Virus record (IMG/VR): IMGVR_UViG_3300029928_000001
Span: 1-64,000 of that record
Direction: 5' to 3' (one strand)
DNA length: 64,000 nt
Source: a virus
Lineage: Duplodnaviria; Caudoviricetes
The position numbers and the translations under genes were made by a program. The stretch's first letter is position 1; each line of letters starts with the position of its first letter. The notes beneath the pieces are model-generated. The model was not told the origin of the DNA. It saw nothing but the letters and a program-made list of their open reading frames with translations, and did not search any database. This document shows, in pieces, positions 17,057 through 27,420 of the stretch.

Positions 17057-17995
17057 ATGTATACTGTTTATAAAATTACTAATTTAATTAATAATAAATG
17101 TTATATAGGATCAAGTATTAAAGTAGAGAAAAGATGGAAACAACATAAAACTGTGGCTTTTAATAAAAATTCTGCTTAGTATAATTATCCTTTATATGCT
17201 GCCTTTCGTAAATATGGTTTAGAAAATTTTTCTTTTGAAATTCTCAATGATGATTTTCTTTCTGTTGAAGATATGAGAAATTATGAAAAAGATATGATTT
17301 ATTTTTATGATAGTTGTAATTATGGATATAATTAGACATATGAAACACATCCTCAACAAATGGGAAAAGAAAATCTTTAGAAAAGTAATGAAAAACGTTC
17401 ATAGAAATGCGCTAAAGTAGATAAAAACAATAATATTATAGAATTATATCACTCTTATCATGATGCCGCTAGAAAAAATGGATATGATGGTGAAAAAAAT
17501 GCTAGTTCTATTCGCAATGTTTGCAAGGGAAAAATACGTAGTTATAATGGTGATATATTTAAAGACATAGATAAAGATGGAAAAGTTTAGGATGTCATTT
17601 ATCAGACAAGAAAGCGTCGAACGGCTGTTTATAGTTTTAATGTCATTACATTAGAAGAAAATTATTATACTTCTGTTTCTGAAGCAAGTAAAAAAATAGG
17701 AATTGATAGAGCTCGTATTCATAAATGCATTTCTGGAAATCAACGCTATTCAATTATTCATAATTTAATTTTTAGAAAAATAGATGATGAAGGTAATATT
17801 ATAGAAATACCTAATACACCAACTTTAGAAGAAAAAATTGAAGAATTTAATCAAACTAACCCCCTTATCAATGGAGAGCGGCATAATATAAAAGAATGGT
17901 GTAAAATTTATGATATTTCTGCAAATTCAGTATATAGACGAATGAAATAGGGTATGAATATAGTAGAAGCAATTACAACCCCAAAAAGGAGATGA
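17057..17995 (+). CDS. Free-standing GIY-YIG homing endonuclease (312 aa, TAG=Gln)
   Basis: Missed by ORF track; VYKITN...YIGSS, GYN[TAG]T, NUMOD-like repeats; 6 in-frame TAG, ends TGA. Confidence 0.85.
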
Positions 17996-18000
17996 TAATA

Positions 18001-18591
18001 TTGAATAAAATCTGGTTAACGTCAGATTTTCACTGACATTTTTCACATAATAAAGACTTCATTTATGAGCCTCGTGGATTTCAGACCGTAGAAGAAATGA
18101 ATGAAACAATTATTAAGAATTTTAATAGTGTAGTAAGTGAAAATGATTTAACATACGTTCTTGGAGATCTTTGCTTAGGCGGAGGAGGAAGAGAAGTATT
18201 AGAAAAAAATAAGCAATTAATTGAACGATTAAATGGAAAAATTTATGTTATTAGAGGTAACCATGATTCTGATAGTAGATTAGATATGTATTTAACTTGT
18301 TCAAATATCCTCGCTTGGTATGATGCTACATCTTTTACTTATAAAAAATATCATTTTTTCTTATCTCATTTTCCTGCTTTGGTAAGTAACTGGGGAGAAA
18401 ATGATAAGCCATTAAAACAAAGAACTATAAATTTATGTGGGCACTCGCACACTCAAGACCGTTGGGCAGACTGGGACAAAGGACCTATTTATCACTGTGA
18501 ATTAGATGCCCATAATAACTATCCTATTCTTTTGGATGATGCGCTCCAAGAGATGAGAGAAAAATATCGTTTGGACGAAACCGTGAAATAA
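18001..18591 (+). CDS. Metallophosphoesterase with CAC-TGA-CAT interruption at codons 11-13
   Basis: AGGAGA RBS + TTG; IWLTSDFH*HFSHNK...LGD...GNHD...GHSH. Confidence 0.75.
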
Positions 18592-18634
18592 TATTCACGG
18601 TTTTTTTATATTTTAATGAAAGGAGGTATGACGA

Positions 18635-19081
18635 ATGCACACAGCTATCAAAACAGGCGGACATGATGCCTACAATTTAAAACATTATATGGTAGACACT
18701 GAAAATGATATTTTAGATATAGACATAGATAATTGTTGCATGGGCAGTAAGGCAACAACAATTGATACAGGCAGAGATTATATCTTAAATAGTAAAGATG
18801 AATGGGTGAAACAACCTTGGTCAAGTGGCGGTTCAACTGGCGGAGATTCTTCTGAAGAAGAAATTAATAACTTGAAAAAGCAAATTGAAGAACTCCAAAA
18901 GAAAAATGAGGAATTAAATCAATAGATTACAGAATTAACACAATTAACTATTACTACTGATATGTGGAATGCACTCGGTGGTGAAGTTGAAGGAGATACA
19001 CTTACATTAGCTCCACAGATGTTTACACTTAAAGATGATGGAACATTAGTCATTGGAGGAGGAGAAGAACACAATGGATAA
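18635..19081 (+). CDS. Hypothetical coiled-coil protein (148 aa, TAG=Gln)
   Basis: AGGAGG RBS; TAG 18923 read through to TAA overlapping next ATG. Confidence 0.7.
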
Positions 19082-20105
19082 AATTAAACGCATTCAAGTT
19101 GGTAAAACAGTTTATAAATTCGCTGATTATGATTTAGCAGAATTATTATCTTTAGCTGAAAATAAAGGTAAAATTTTAAAAATCGGAGAAGATCAAGACT
19201 TAACAGTTTTTGTTTTAGAAAATGATAAATATGAAGCTGAAGTTAATGGAACGAAATATGAAACTTTGCGCGCGGCGGTTGAAGCGACCGAAACCGGTAC
19301 GATTAAATTATTAAAAGAAATTGTCCTTGATGCACAATTAAAAATTACAGACGGTAAAACTTTAACTATTGACTTTAACGGACATTCTATTCGTGCGGAT
19401 AGAAAATTAACACTTAATTCTCTATTAATTGGAGTTGAATTTGGCGGCAGTTTAACTTTTGAAGGTATCGGTGGCGTTTATGCAGGAACTAATACTTATG
19501 GAGCTATTGGTACTTGCATGAGCGTAGGAGGTAGCGGCAAAACAAGTCAATTAATTGTTAATGGTGGTTATTATGAAGGTTATTATTATGCAATAAGTAG
19601 TGAAGGTACTAAGACTGAAAATCTTTCTAATATTCAAATAAACGGAGGAACTTTCAAAGCCCTCAATTGTTTAGATAGTATTGCATTCTATAATCCTGCT
19701 TATAATGGTACAGTTACTATTACAGATGGAGAATTCATTGGTGCTACAGCTTGTGAAATAAGAGCTGGTAATGCAACAATTAGCGGCGGTCATTTCGTAG
19801 GAGTGGCTCCATTTACTATAGTAGCTAATAGTGGTGGAAGTGCAAGCACTGGTTGCGCACTTGCGGTTATTCAACATAGTTCTAAGCAATCAATTTCTGT
19901 TAATGTTACTGGTGGTTTATTTGAAGGAGCATATTCCTTCTATGAGGCAAATCCTTTAAAAAATTCTCAAACTGATATTGATAAAGTTAAAATTACATTA
20001 ACTGGTGGAGCATTTAAAAATCCTATTTATAGTGAAGATAAAACAAAATTTATTGGGGCTAAGTGTTTGGTTCCAACAGATACAAATGAAACGTATAAGG
20101 CGTGA
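19074..20105 (+). CDS. Beta-helix/adhesin-like protein, possibly virion-associated
   Basis: YETLRAAV, repeated I-x-GG-x-F beta motifs. Confidence 0.6.
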   Translation: MDKIKRIQVGKTVYKFADYDLAELLSLAENKGKILKIGEDQDLTVFVLENDKYEAEVNGTKYETLRAAVEATETGTIKLLKEIVLDAQLKITDGKTLTIDFNGHSIRADRKLTLNSLLIGVEFGGSLTFEGIGGVYAGTNTYGAIGTCMSVGGSGKTSQLIVNGGYYEGYYYAISSEGTKTENLSNIQINGGTFKALNCLDSIAFYNPAYNGTVTITDGEFIGATACEIRAGNATISGGHFVGVAPFTIVANSGGSASTGCALAVIQHSSKQSISVNVTGGLFEGAYSFYEANPLKNSQTDIDKVKITLTGGAFKNPIYSEDKTKFIGAKCLVPTDTNETYKA

Positions 20106-20228
20106 TTCTCGTCTCAGTTTGAGTTTCCGATTAAAACCACGCATAGCAATTTTTTAAAGCAAAAGGCATAGTTTGATTTTTCAGATTTTTTATGGTATAA
20201 TAAAATAAAAAAGAAAGGAAATCAAATT

Positions 20229-20693
20229 ATGCCTTATTTTGCTTTTGATCAAGAATCAGGTACAGCAACCTGTATATTATATGATAGTAATAAAACTTAC
20301 TGCGGCGCTGCTCTTTGTCATCCAGATGATAAAGATATGATGAGTGAACGCACAGGGCAAGAGATTGCTTTTAGAAGAGCGGAAATACAAGCATTAAGAG
20401 GTTTTAGAGATGAAATTAAACTAGAGCTAAAATCTTTAAAACAATTATTTTATTCTATCAATAGAAGTAAATATTATAATCCTAAAAGCTATGAAGCGCG
20501 CATGCTAAATCGGCAAATTAAAATGAAAGAGTCAGATTTAAAAATAATTAAAAATCATATTGAAATGAAATCTCATGAATTAAGAGATTATATTAATGCT
20601 AAAGATGATTTTTATAAAAAAATTAGACATAATAGAGAAGTGGACAAGACACTTTCGGACAGTCTAAAACAATTTGAAGATAAAGAAAGTTAA
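20229..20693 (+). CDS. Hypothetical phage protein
   Basis: Promoter+RBS; CHPDD...G.EIA motif. Confidence 0.7.
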   Translation: MPYFAFDQESGTATCILYDSNKTYCGAALCHPDDKDMMSERTGQEIAFRRAEIQALRGFRDEIKLELKSLKQLFYSINRSKYYNPKSYEARMLNRQIKMKESDLKIIKNHIEMKSHELRDYINAKDDFYKKIRHNREVDKTLSDSLKQFEDKES

Positions 20694-20737
20694 ATATAAT
20701 AGAGATAAAATCTCAAAATTTTATTAGCAAAGGAAAG

Positions 20738-21994
20738 ATGATAATGTTCAATTTTTATGACACATCAAGCCTGCTTTTGAAAGGTAACAATATAAAGAAA
20801 GAAGATAATATTATTATTTCTTCCGTTACTCTTCAAGAGTTAGAAAATATTAAGACTTCTATGAACAAATCACCTGAAGTTAAATATCAAGCACGAGTTT
20901 TATTAAGATTTTTAGAAGAACATCCAGATTATGTGGAAGTTATTATATTTAATGAAAAAATGCTTGAACCTATTGTAGAAAAATCATTAACTATTACTGA
21001 TGATATGCGCATTTTGGCAACTGCTTTTTGGTATGATTATAATGTTCATCCAGACGATGTTAACTTTATTACTAATGATTTATGCTTAAAGCATATAGCT
21101 AATTTATTTTTTGGCGATGGTTGCATTAGTAAAGTTAATGATGAACAAGATTATGCAGAATATAAAGGATATATTGAAGTAGCAATGGATGAAGGTACAA
21201 TGAGTGAATTTTATTCTAATCTTCATACCAATACTTTTAATCTATTAAAAAATCAATATATACTTATCGAAGATATTAAAACAAAAGAAATTGTTGACGT
21301 AAGAAAATGGAATGGTGAAGAATATGCGCCAGTAAATTACACACCTTTAAAATCAAGATAGTTTGGTGAAGTAAAACCAAAAGATTGGTATTAGAGAATG
21401 GCATTTGACTCATTACTTCATAATTAGTTGACAATTTTAGAAGGTAAGCCTGGCTCTGGTAAAAGTTTAATTTCTATGGCTTATATTTTTAATTAGATGG
21501 AACGTGGCAATATAGATAAACTATATATTCTTTGTAATCCTGTGGCTGTTAGGGGTGCGGCGAAACTAGGTTTCTATCCCGGGTCGCGCAACGACAAGCT
21601 CCTTGACTCTTCCATAGGGAATTTCCTAAATGCGAAAATAGGCGACCGTTCTTATTTAGAACAAATGATAGAAAGAGAACAAATCATTTTAATTCCTATG
21701 GCTGATTGCCGAGGTATAGATATCGGCACTGATTCAAATGCTTGTATTTATATTACAGAAGCTCAAAATATGAGTATTGACCTAATGAAATTAGCATTAC
21801 AAAGAGCAGGAGAAAATTGTCAAGTAATTCTTGACGGAGATGTAGAAGCTCAATTAGATTTACCAGAATATGGTGGTTTAAATAATGGTTTGCGCAGAGC
21901 TACTGAAGTATTTAAAGGTTCAGATTTATTTGGAAAAGTAAGTTTACAAACTGTATATAGAAGTAAATTGGCTGCGATAGCAGATAAGATGTGA
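20738..21994 (+). CDS. phoH: PIN domain + PhoH ATPase (418 aa, TAG=Gln)
   Basis: PIN YDTSS/ELE/DD; 4 in-frame TAG join two ORFs and restore Walker A GKPGSGKS; EAQN, GD..Q.D. Confidence 0.9.
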
Positions 21995-22042
21995 GGAGTT
22001 TTTACTCCTCACTTTTTTATTACAATAAAGGAGTGATATTAT

Positions 22043-22975
22043 ATGATACAACCTATTAATTATTATCAAACTGATACTAAATGGGCAAAAAAGAAATATG
22101 GCCCAAAAGGAAATAGTAGAATGACCATCGGTAGTTCCGGCTGCGGACCGACTTGTGCCGCAATGGTTATTCAATCAATTAAAAATAATGGAGTAACTCC
22201 AGTAGATACTTGCCAATGGTCAATGAATCATGGTATGGTGGCAAATGTAGGAACATATTGGAGTTATTTTAATGCGCAATTTAAAGAATATGGAATTACT
22301 TGTAAACAAACCACAAGTAAAGATCAGGCGTTAACTGCTCTTAAAAATGGTAATTGGGTAATTTGTATAATGCATAAAGGCAATTGGACTAGCGGCGGTC
22401 ATTTCATTCTTGCTTATGGATATGAAAATAAATATGTATTTATTAATGATCCTAACTCTACACTTAAACGCCGCACACATGCTAAATGGTCTTTATTAAC
22501 TAGTGAATGTAATGGATATTGGATCATTACAGTTCCAGAAGACATTAAAAAGAATGGCATTAAGCCCGAAAGAAAAAAAAGTGTATTAGAAATGTATGTT
22601 TCTTCTACCACTGGTTTAAAGGTGCGCACAGGCGCTTCGACGTTCAACAAGGTAGTGCGCAAGGCTGCGTTTAATGAAGAAGTCCATATTACTGCGACTA
22701 AAGGAAATTGGGCAATGATTGGTAAAAATGAATGGGTTAATATGAAATATCTTTCTAAATATCAATCTATAGAAAAACAATACATAACTAATCAACAATT
22801 AAATATTAGAGATGGTTATACAACTAAAAACACAAAAGTAATTGGCAAAATTAAAAAAGGAGTTACTTTCACTGTTACAAAAATTAGAAATAATTGGGGA
22901 TACAGCGAAAAATATAAAGGTTGGATTTGCTTAAAAGGCGAAACTAAAAACTATTGTTCAGAGGTGAAAAAATGA
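22043..22975 (+). CDS. Endolysin-like: C39-type peptidase + two SH3b domains
   Basis: Q.D..W, GCGPT, GHF, INDP; SH3b L.VR.G...GW repeats. Confidence 0.8.
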   Translation: MIQPINYYQTDTKWAKKKYGPKGNSRMTIGSSGCGPTCAAMVIQSIKNNGVTPVDTCQWSMNHGMVANVGTYWSYFNAQFKEYGITCKQTTSKDQALTALKNGNWVICIMHKGNWTSGGHFILAYGYENKYVFINDPNSTLKRRTHAKWSLLTSECNGYWIITVPEDIKKNGIKPERKKSVLEMYVSSTTGLKVRTGASTFNKVVRKAAFNEEVHITATKGNWAMIGKNEWVNMKYLSKYQSIEKQYITNQQLNIRDGYTTKNTKVIGKIKKGVTFTVTKIRNNWGYSEKYKGWICLKGETKNYCSEVKK

Positions 22976-23262
22976 AAAAATGGTTAGAAAATAAACCGTG
23001 GAAAGCATGGAGAACTAGAAAAATTACTTTTGTTTATATGCTTTTTGTAAGTACAATAGCTATTATTTATGGCGCTGTTTTAAACGCTATGAGCATTGAT
23101 GCAATAGCTTGGCTTAATTTAGTTTTAAATTTTTGTAAATTTGTTGTAGGCACAGGCACAGTAATTATTTTAATACCAAGTGTTAAAGACTTAGCTAATT
23201 TTATTAGCGGTAAATTTACAGATAGTGATTCTTCTGATGATGAAACAAGTGATGATGAATAA
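22972..23262 (+). CDS. Putative holin
   Basis: Two TM segments, charged termini, coupled to lysin. Confidence 0.55.
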   Translation: MKKWLENKPWKAWRTRKITFVYMLFVSTIAIIYGAVLNAMSIDAIAWLNLVLNFCKFVVGTGTVIILIPSVKDLANFISGKFTDSDSSDDETSDDE

Positions 23263-23291
23263 GCGGGTTATTAAACCCGCTTATTTTTTTT
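23262..23291. terminator. Bidirectional terminator between convergent genes
   Basis: AAGCGGGTT-att-AAACCCGCTT followed by T tract. Confidence 0.7.
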
Positions 23292-24174
23292 ATACATAAA
23301 CAGTAAAAAGTAAATCATTTCTTATATAATCTTTCCATTCTGGCTTAACAAAATATCTTGTATAGCTTTCGATTAAATTGAATGGAAGTTCTTCTCTACC
23401 AGCGATTTTAAATTTATTAAATCCCAAAGATAAATATTTTTCTCTAATTTCTTCTATAGAAATATTATGACGTTTTCCCACTCTTCTTTCATAATAATTA
23501 TCTTTTTGATAACAATCACATAAAAAATCATCAGCATAATTATCTTGACATAAAATTTCTTTATCAAATTCTGCATAATGCTCTAAATAAGTAGGACAAT
23601 AATTTAAACAATTTTCATCTACCACTAATTCAATTTTATCAGGGTACTCTAATTGTTGTAATAATTTAAAATTATTATTAACAAACATATAAGATGGCAC
23701 TATACTATCATTTCCAGAAGAATAAAAATTAATATCTTCTACTGTGCGCAAACATTTGGTCGCAGACCAATTATAATAAAACTTATTAGGATATTTATAC
23801 TCAATATATTGTTTTAATAAATCTGAATTAATATTAATACCAGTTTTTATTAAACTATCTTTTGCATACTCTAAAATAGCATTTCCTAAAGTATCATATA
23901 AATGATTGTCAGTTAAATGTCCATTGGTGAAAGTAATACGTATTGATGTATTAAATAGATTAAAAGTTCTAATTATTTCTGAAATATCTTTTGGAGGAAT
24001 TAAAGGATCTGCATTGCGCCGGCCTCCATTCCAAATACATCCTGGAAAACTATCGTATATAGAATCAATAATTACATCATCATAAAATTTATCTGGCTCT
24101 GTATTTTTTAAAGTAAGCAATCGTTTATTAAGTTCATAATGTTTAATAAAACCTGGAATTGAAAAATATATCAT
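23290..24174 (-). CDS. Peptidase U32-like protein, paralog 2
   Basis: SFPGCIWNGGR, ENCLNYC..HY, FKIAGRE; only credible minus-strand gene. Confidence 0.65.
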   Translation of the reverse strand: MIYFSIPGFIKHYELNKRLLTLKNTEPDKFYDDVIIDSIYDSFPGCIWNGGRRNADPLIPPKDISEIIRTFNLFNTSIRITFTNGHLTDNHLYDTLGNAILEYAKDSLIKTGININSDLLKQYIEYKYPNKFYYNWSATKCLRTVEDINFYSSGNDSIVPSYMFVNNNFKLLQQLEYPDKIELVVDENCLNYCPTYLEHYAEFDKEILCQDNYADDFLCDCYQKDNYYERRVGKRHNISIEEIREKYLSLGFNKFKIAGREELPFNLIESYTRYFVKPEWKDYIRNDLLFTVYV

Positions 24175-24292
24175 ATTATCTCCTTTCATTAATTATATTA
24201 TACCAAATATTTTTATTTTAAGCAAATTTTTGACTTTTTTATTAAAAAATGATATAATATATATAGAATAAGAAAAAAGGAGGCAAAATCAT

Positions 24293-27200
24293 TTGAACTA
24301 TGATGTTAAGAGTATTAAAACTCTTGAAGGTATAGAAGCTATACGTCTCAGAAGTGGAATGTATATCGGCTCGACGGAGCAAGAAGGTGTCCATCATATT
24401 ACACTTGAAATCATTTCTAATGTAATAGATGAATATTTAAATGGACAATGTAATGAATGCTCTGTTTCTATTAATACTAATTTTATTACAATTACTGATA
24501 ATGGACGTGGCATTCCGTTTGGTAAAGCTAAAGATGGTAGTGAAACTTTAGTTAACGTATTTACAAAACTTCACACTGGTGCTAAATTCGATTCATCAGG
24601 GCGAACTGGTTACAACTCTAGCGGAGGACTCAATGGAGTTGGAGCAAAGGCGACGAATGCGCTATCTGCAGAATTCAGTGTTAGTTCCGTACGAGATGGC
24701 AAACGCGCCGAAGCGCATTTTAAAAAAGGCAAATTAATTGATTATAAAGAAGAAAAGTGGCGCGATGGCGAACACGGCACTTCTATTCAATTTAAACCTG
24801 ATCCAGAAATTTTTAAAGCAACTACTGAAGTAGATTATAATTGGATAAGAAAAACTCTTATTGAATTATCTTATCTTTCTCCTGGTTTAACTTTTAAATT
24901 TAAATATCAAGATAAACCAGAAGAAGTAATATCATCTAAAAATGGTATTAAAGACTATATGGATGATTTATTTGAAAAGAAAACTGCCATTACTTCATTA
25001 TTTTATGCTAAAAGTAATGAAGGTCAAATTGGTATTGAAGTAGCATTAAAATATAATGATTCTTTTACAGATACTTATAAATTATTTACTAACTCAATTC
25101 CAAATAGTGGCGGTACGCATTTAACTGGTTTTAGAACAGCATTAACACAAACTATTAATGAATATGCTAGAGAAAAAAATCTTTTAAAGGATAAAGATAG
25201 TAATTTAACCGGAGAAGAATTAAAAGAAGGTTTAACCTTAATTCTTTCTTTTAAAATGCCCGACCCAGTATTTAGCGGACAAACCAAAGACATATTGAGT
25301 TCTGCGGAAGCTAGAACGGCAGTACAAAGATTAGCGTCTAAAGAATTAAAGCTTTGGTTTGATACAAATCCAAAAGATGCAAAAGCTATCGTGGAAAAGG
25401 CTTTGCTTGCGCGAAGCGCTAGAGAGAAAGCGAAAAAAGCTAAAGATGCGGTGCGCAATATTGAAGGTAAAAAGAAAAATAAAAATTTCTTAAATTTACC
25501 GACTAAATTGGTTGACTGTTGGAGTAAAAATAGAGCTGAATGCGAGCTGTTCATAGCGGAAGGTGATTCTGCCGCAAGTGGATTGGTTGGTGCTCGTAAT
25601 GCCGAATACCAAGCTATTTTTCCAGTTCGAGGAAAAGTTATTTCAGCGCGCAAATGTTCTTCAGATAAGCTTTTAGCTAATCAAGAAGTAGTTAATTTAA
25701 TTAAGGCATTAGGGTTAGAATTTGATCCTAAAACTGTTAAATTAACTTATGATGAACACAAGCTTCGCTATGGAAAAATTATGTTAGCTGCTGATGCGGA
25801 TCCCGATGGTGAAGCTATTAAGAACCTTTTGTTAACTCTTTTCTGGGAATTGTGTCCAGAGCTTGTTATTAATGGACATATTTACGCAACAGTTCCACCT
25901 TTGTTTAGAATTACCACTAAGAAAAATGAATATATTTATCTTAGAGATAACAATGAATTAGAAGAATATAAAAAACAACATATTAACGAAAAATATTTAA
26001 TTAATAGAAATAAAGGGTACGAGTTAGTCTGGCCCTTAGTTGCTTTTCCCAACACCATGGGGGTCGCTTAAAGCGGCTAACGAGGGAGTCTAAACCTTAA
26101 AAAGTTTGGTGAACTTTGGTGAATTGACTTAGTTTAATTTTTATATTATAATGAAAGAAAAAACTTTTTAAGGCACGATAGTCTCGTGGGAAAGGAAAAT
26201 ATAATGAGTATAGGTATTTATAAATATTAGAATAAAATTAATGGAAAAATTTATATTGGTCAAAGCAATAATATTGAAAAACGATATCAATAGCATATTT
26301 ATGACGCTGAATATCGAGCTGAAAAAGGAACTGGTATAGATTTAGCTATTAAAAAATATGGAATTGAAAATTTTACTTTTGAAATAATTGAACAATGTTC
26401 TTTAAATATTATTGATGAACGTGAAAAATATTGGATAAAATATTATGATTCATATAATAATGGTTATAATAGAACAATTGGAGGTAATTTTTTAAAAGGA
26501 GAAGACCATCCACGAGCAATTTTAACAGAAAAAGATGTTTGGGAATTAAGAGAAGCTTATGGAAACGGTATTAGACGAAAAGATGCTTTCCAACCTTTTC
26601 TGGAAAGAGGAATTACAGAACGTTGTTTATTAAAAGTATGGAATTGTGAAAATTGGACTGATATTCATACAGATGTTTATACTGAAGAAAATAAAGCAAT
26701 ACATAAAAGTCATATAGGACATTCAGAAGATCAAATAGGCTTATCATCTTTAGATCGAGCAATTAAACAAGATGAAATTGATCTTTGGCTAATAGATTAT
26801 AATAATGGATTAACTATAAATGCTATTGCTAAAAAATATCATAGAGATAATGGAACCGTAGAAAGATATATAGCAGATCCAAAAGCAATTTCTAAAGTAA
26901 AATATAAGGGTAGAACAGTAAAAAATATAGAAACTGGTAAAATTTTCAAATCAATCAGTGCCGCGGCTAGATGGGCAGGGTGTGGAGCAACCACTTTAAC
27001 ACGACATTTAGCCAATGATAAAATTGCTGGCACAGTTCCTAATTTATTAGTTCCAGCTCATTGGGAAGAAATTTTCTAAGCCTGTATCGACTATCCCCTT
27101 TGTCGGGGAGTACCGGTGCTATTGGTACGCACTCTAATTTTAGGAAACGAAGTTAGTTAAACGGGGAAACGGTAGCCTGCGCAATTGCGCAGAAGAAATA

Positions 27201-27420
27201 GTCAGTGCCAATAGAAATATTGGAATAACACGTAGGCGAACAAGATTCGCATGAACTCGGTGAATGTTTACTTGAACCAGAGACAAGAAACGTTCAACAA
27301 ATTACTGTAGCAGATGCTAAAGAAACAGAAAAATTATTTGAAATCTTCATGGGGCCTTCAGTGCCGCCAAGACGAGAATATATATTAAAATATAGTGAGG
27401 AGGCTAATGATGTCTATTGA
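24293..27420 (+). CDS. gyrB: DNA gyrase/topoisomerase II subunit B; exons 24293-26018 and 27233-27420 (637 aa)
   Basis: GMYIGS, DNGRG, EGDSA, DADPDG; splicing restores RNKG-L-GEQ. Confidence 0.92.
26019..27232 (+). mobile_element. Group I intron in gyrB
   Basis: P1 AGGGT/GCCCT with U-G at splice site, P7 GACTA/TAGTC, terminal G. Confidence 0.9.
26204..27079 (+). CDS. Intron-encoded GIY-YIG endonuclease (TAG=Gln)
   Basis: MSIGIYKY[TAG]NKINGKIYIGQS, GYN; missed by ORF track. Confidence 0.82.

Noticed and set aside
18034-18036. Genome-wide TGA reassignment
   Set aside because: TGA terminates many genes, often in ATGA overlaps; only one internal case is seen
25075-25653. 192-aa antisense ORF within gyrB, and similar antisense ORFs in other core genes
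   Set aside because: Typical antisense shadows without RBS or motifs
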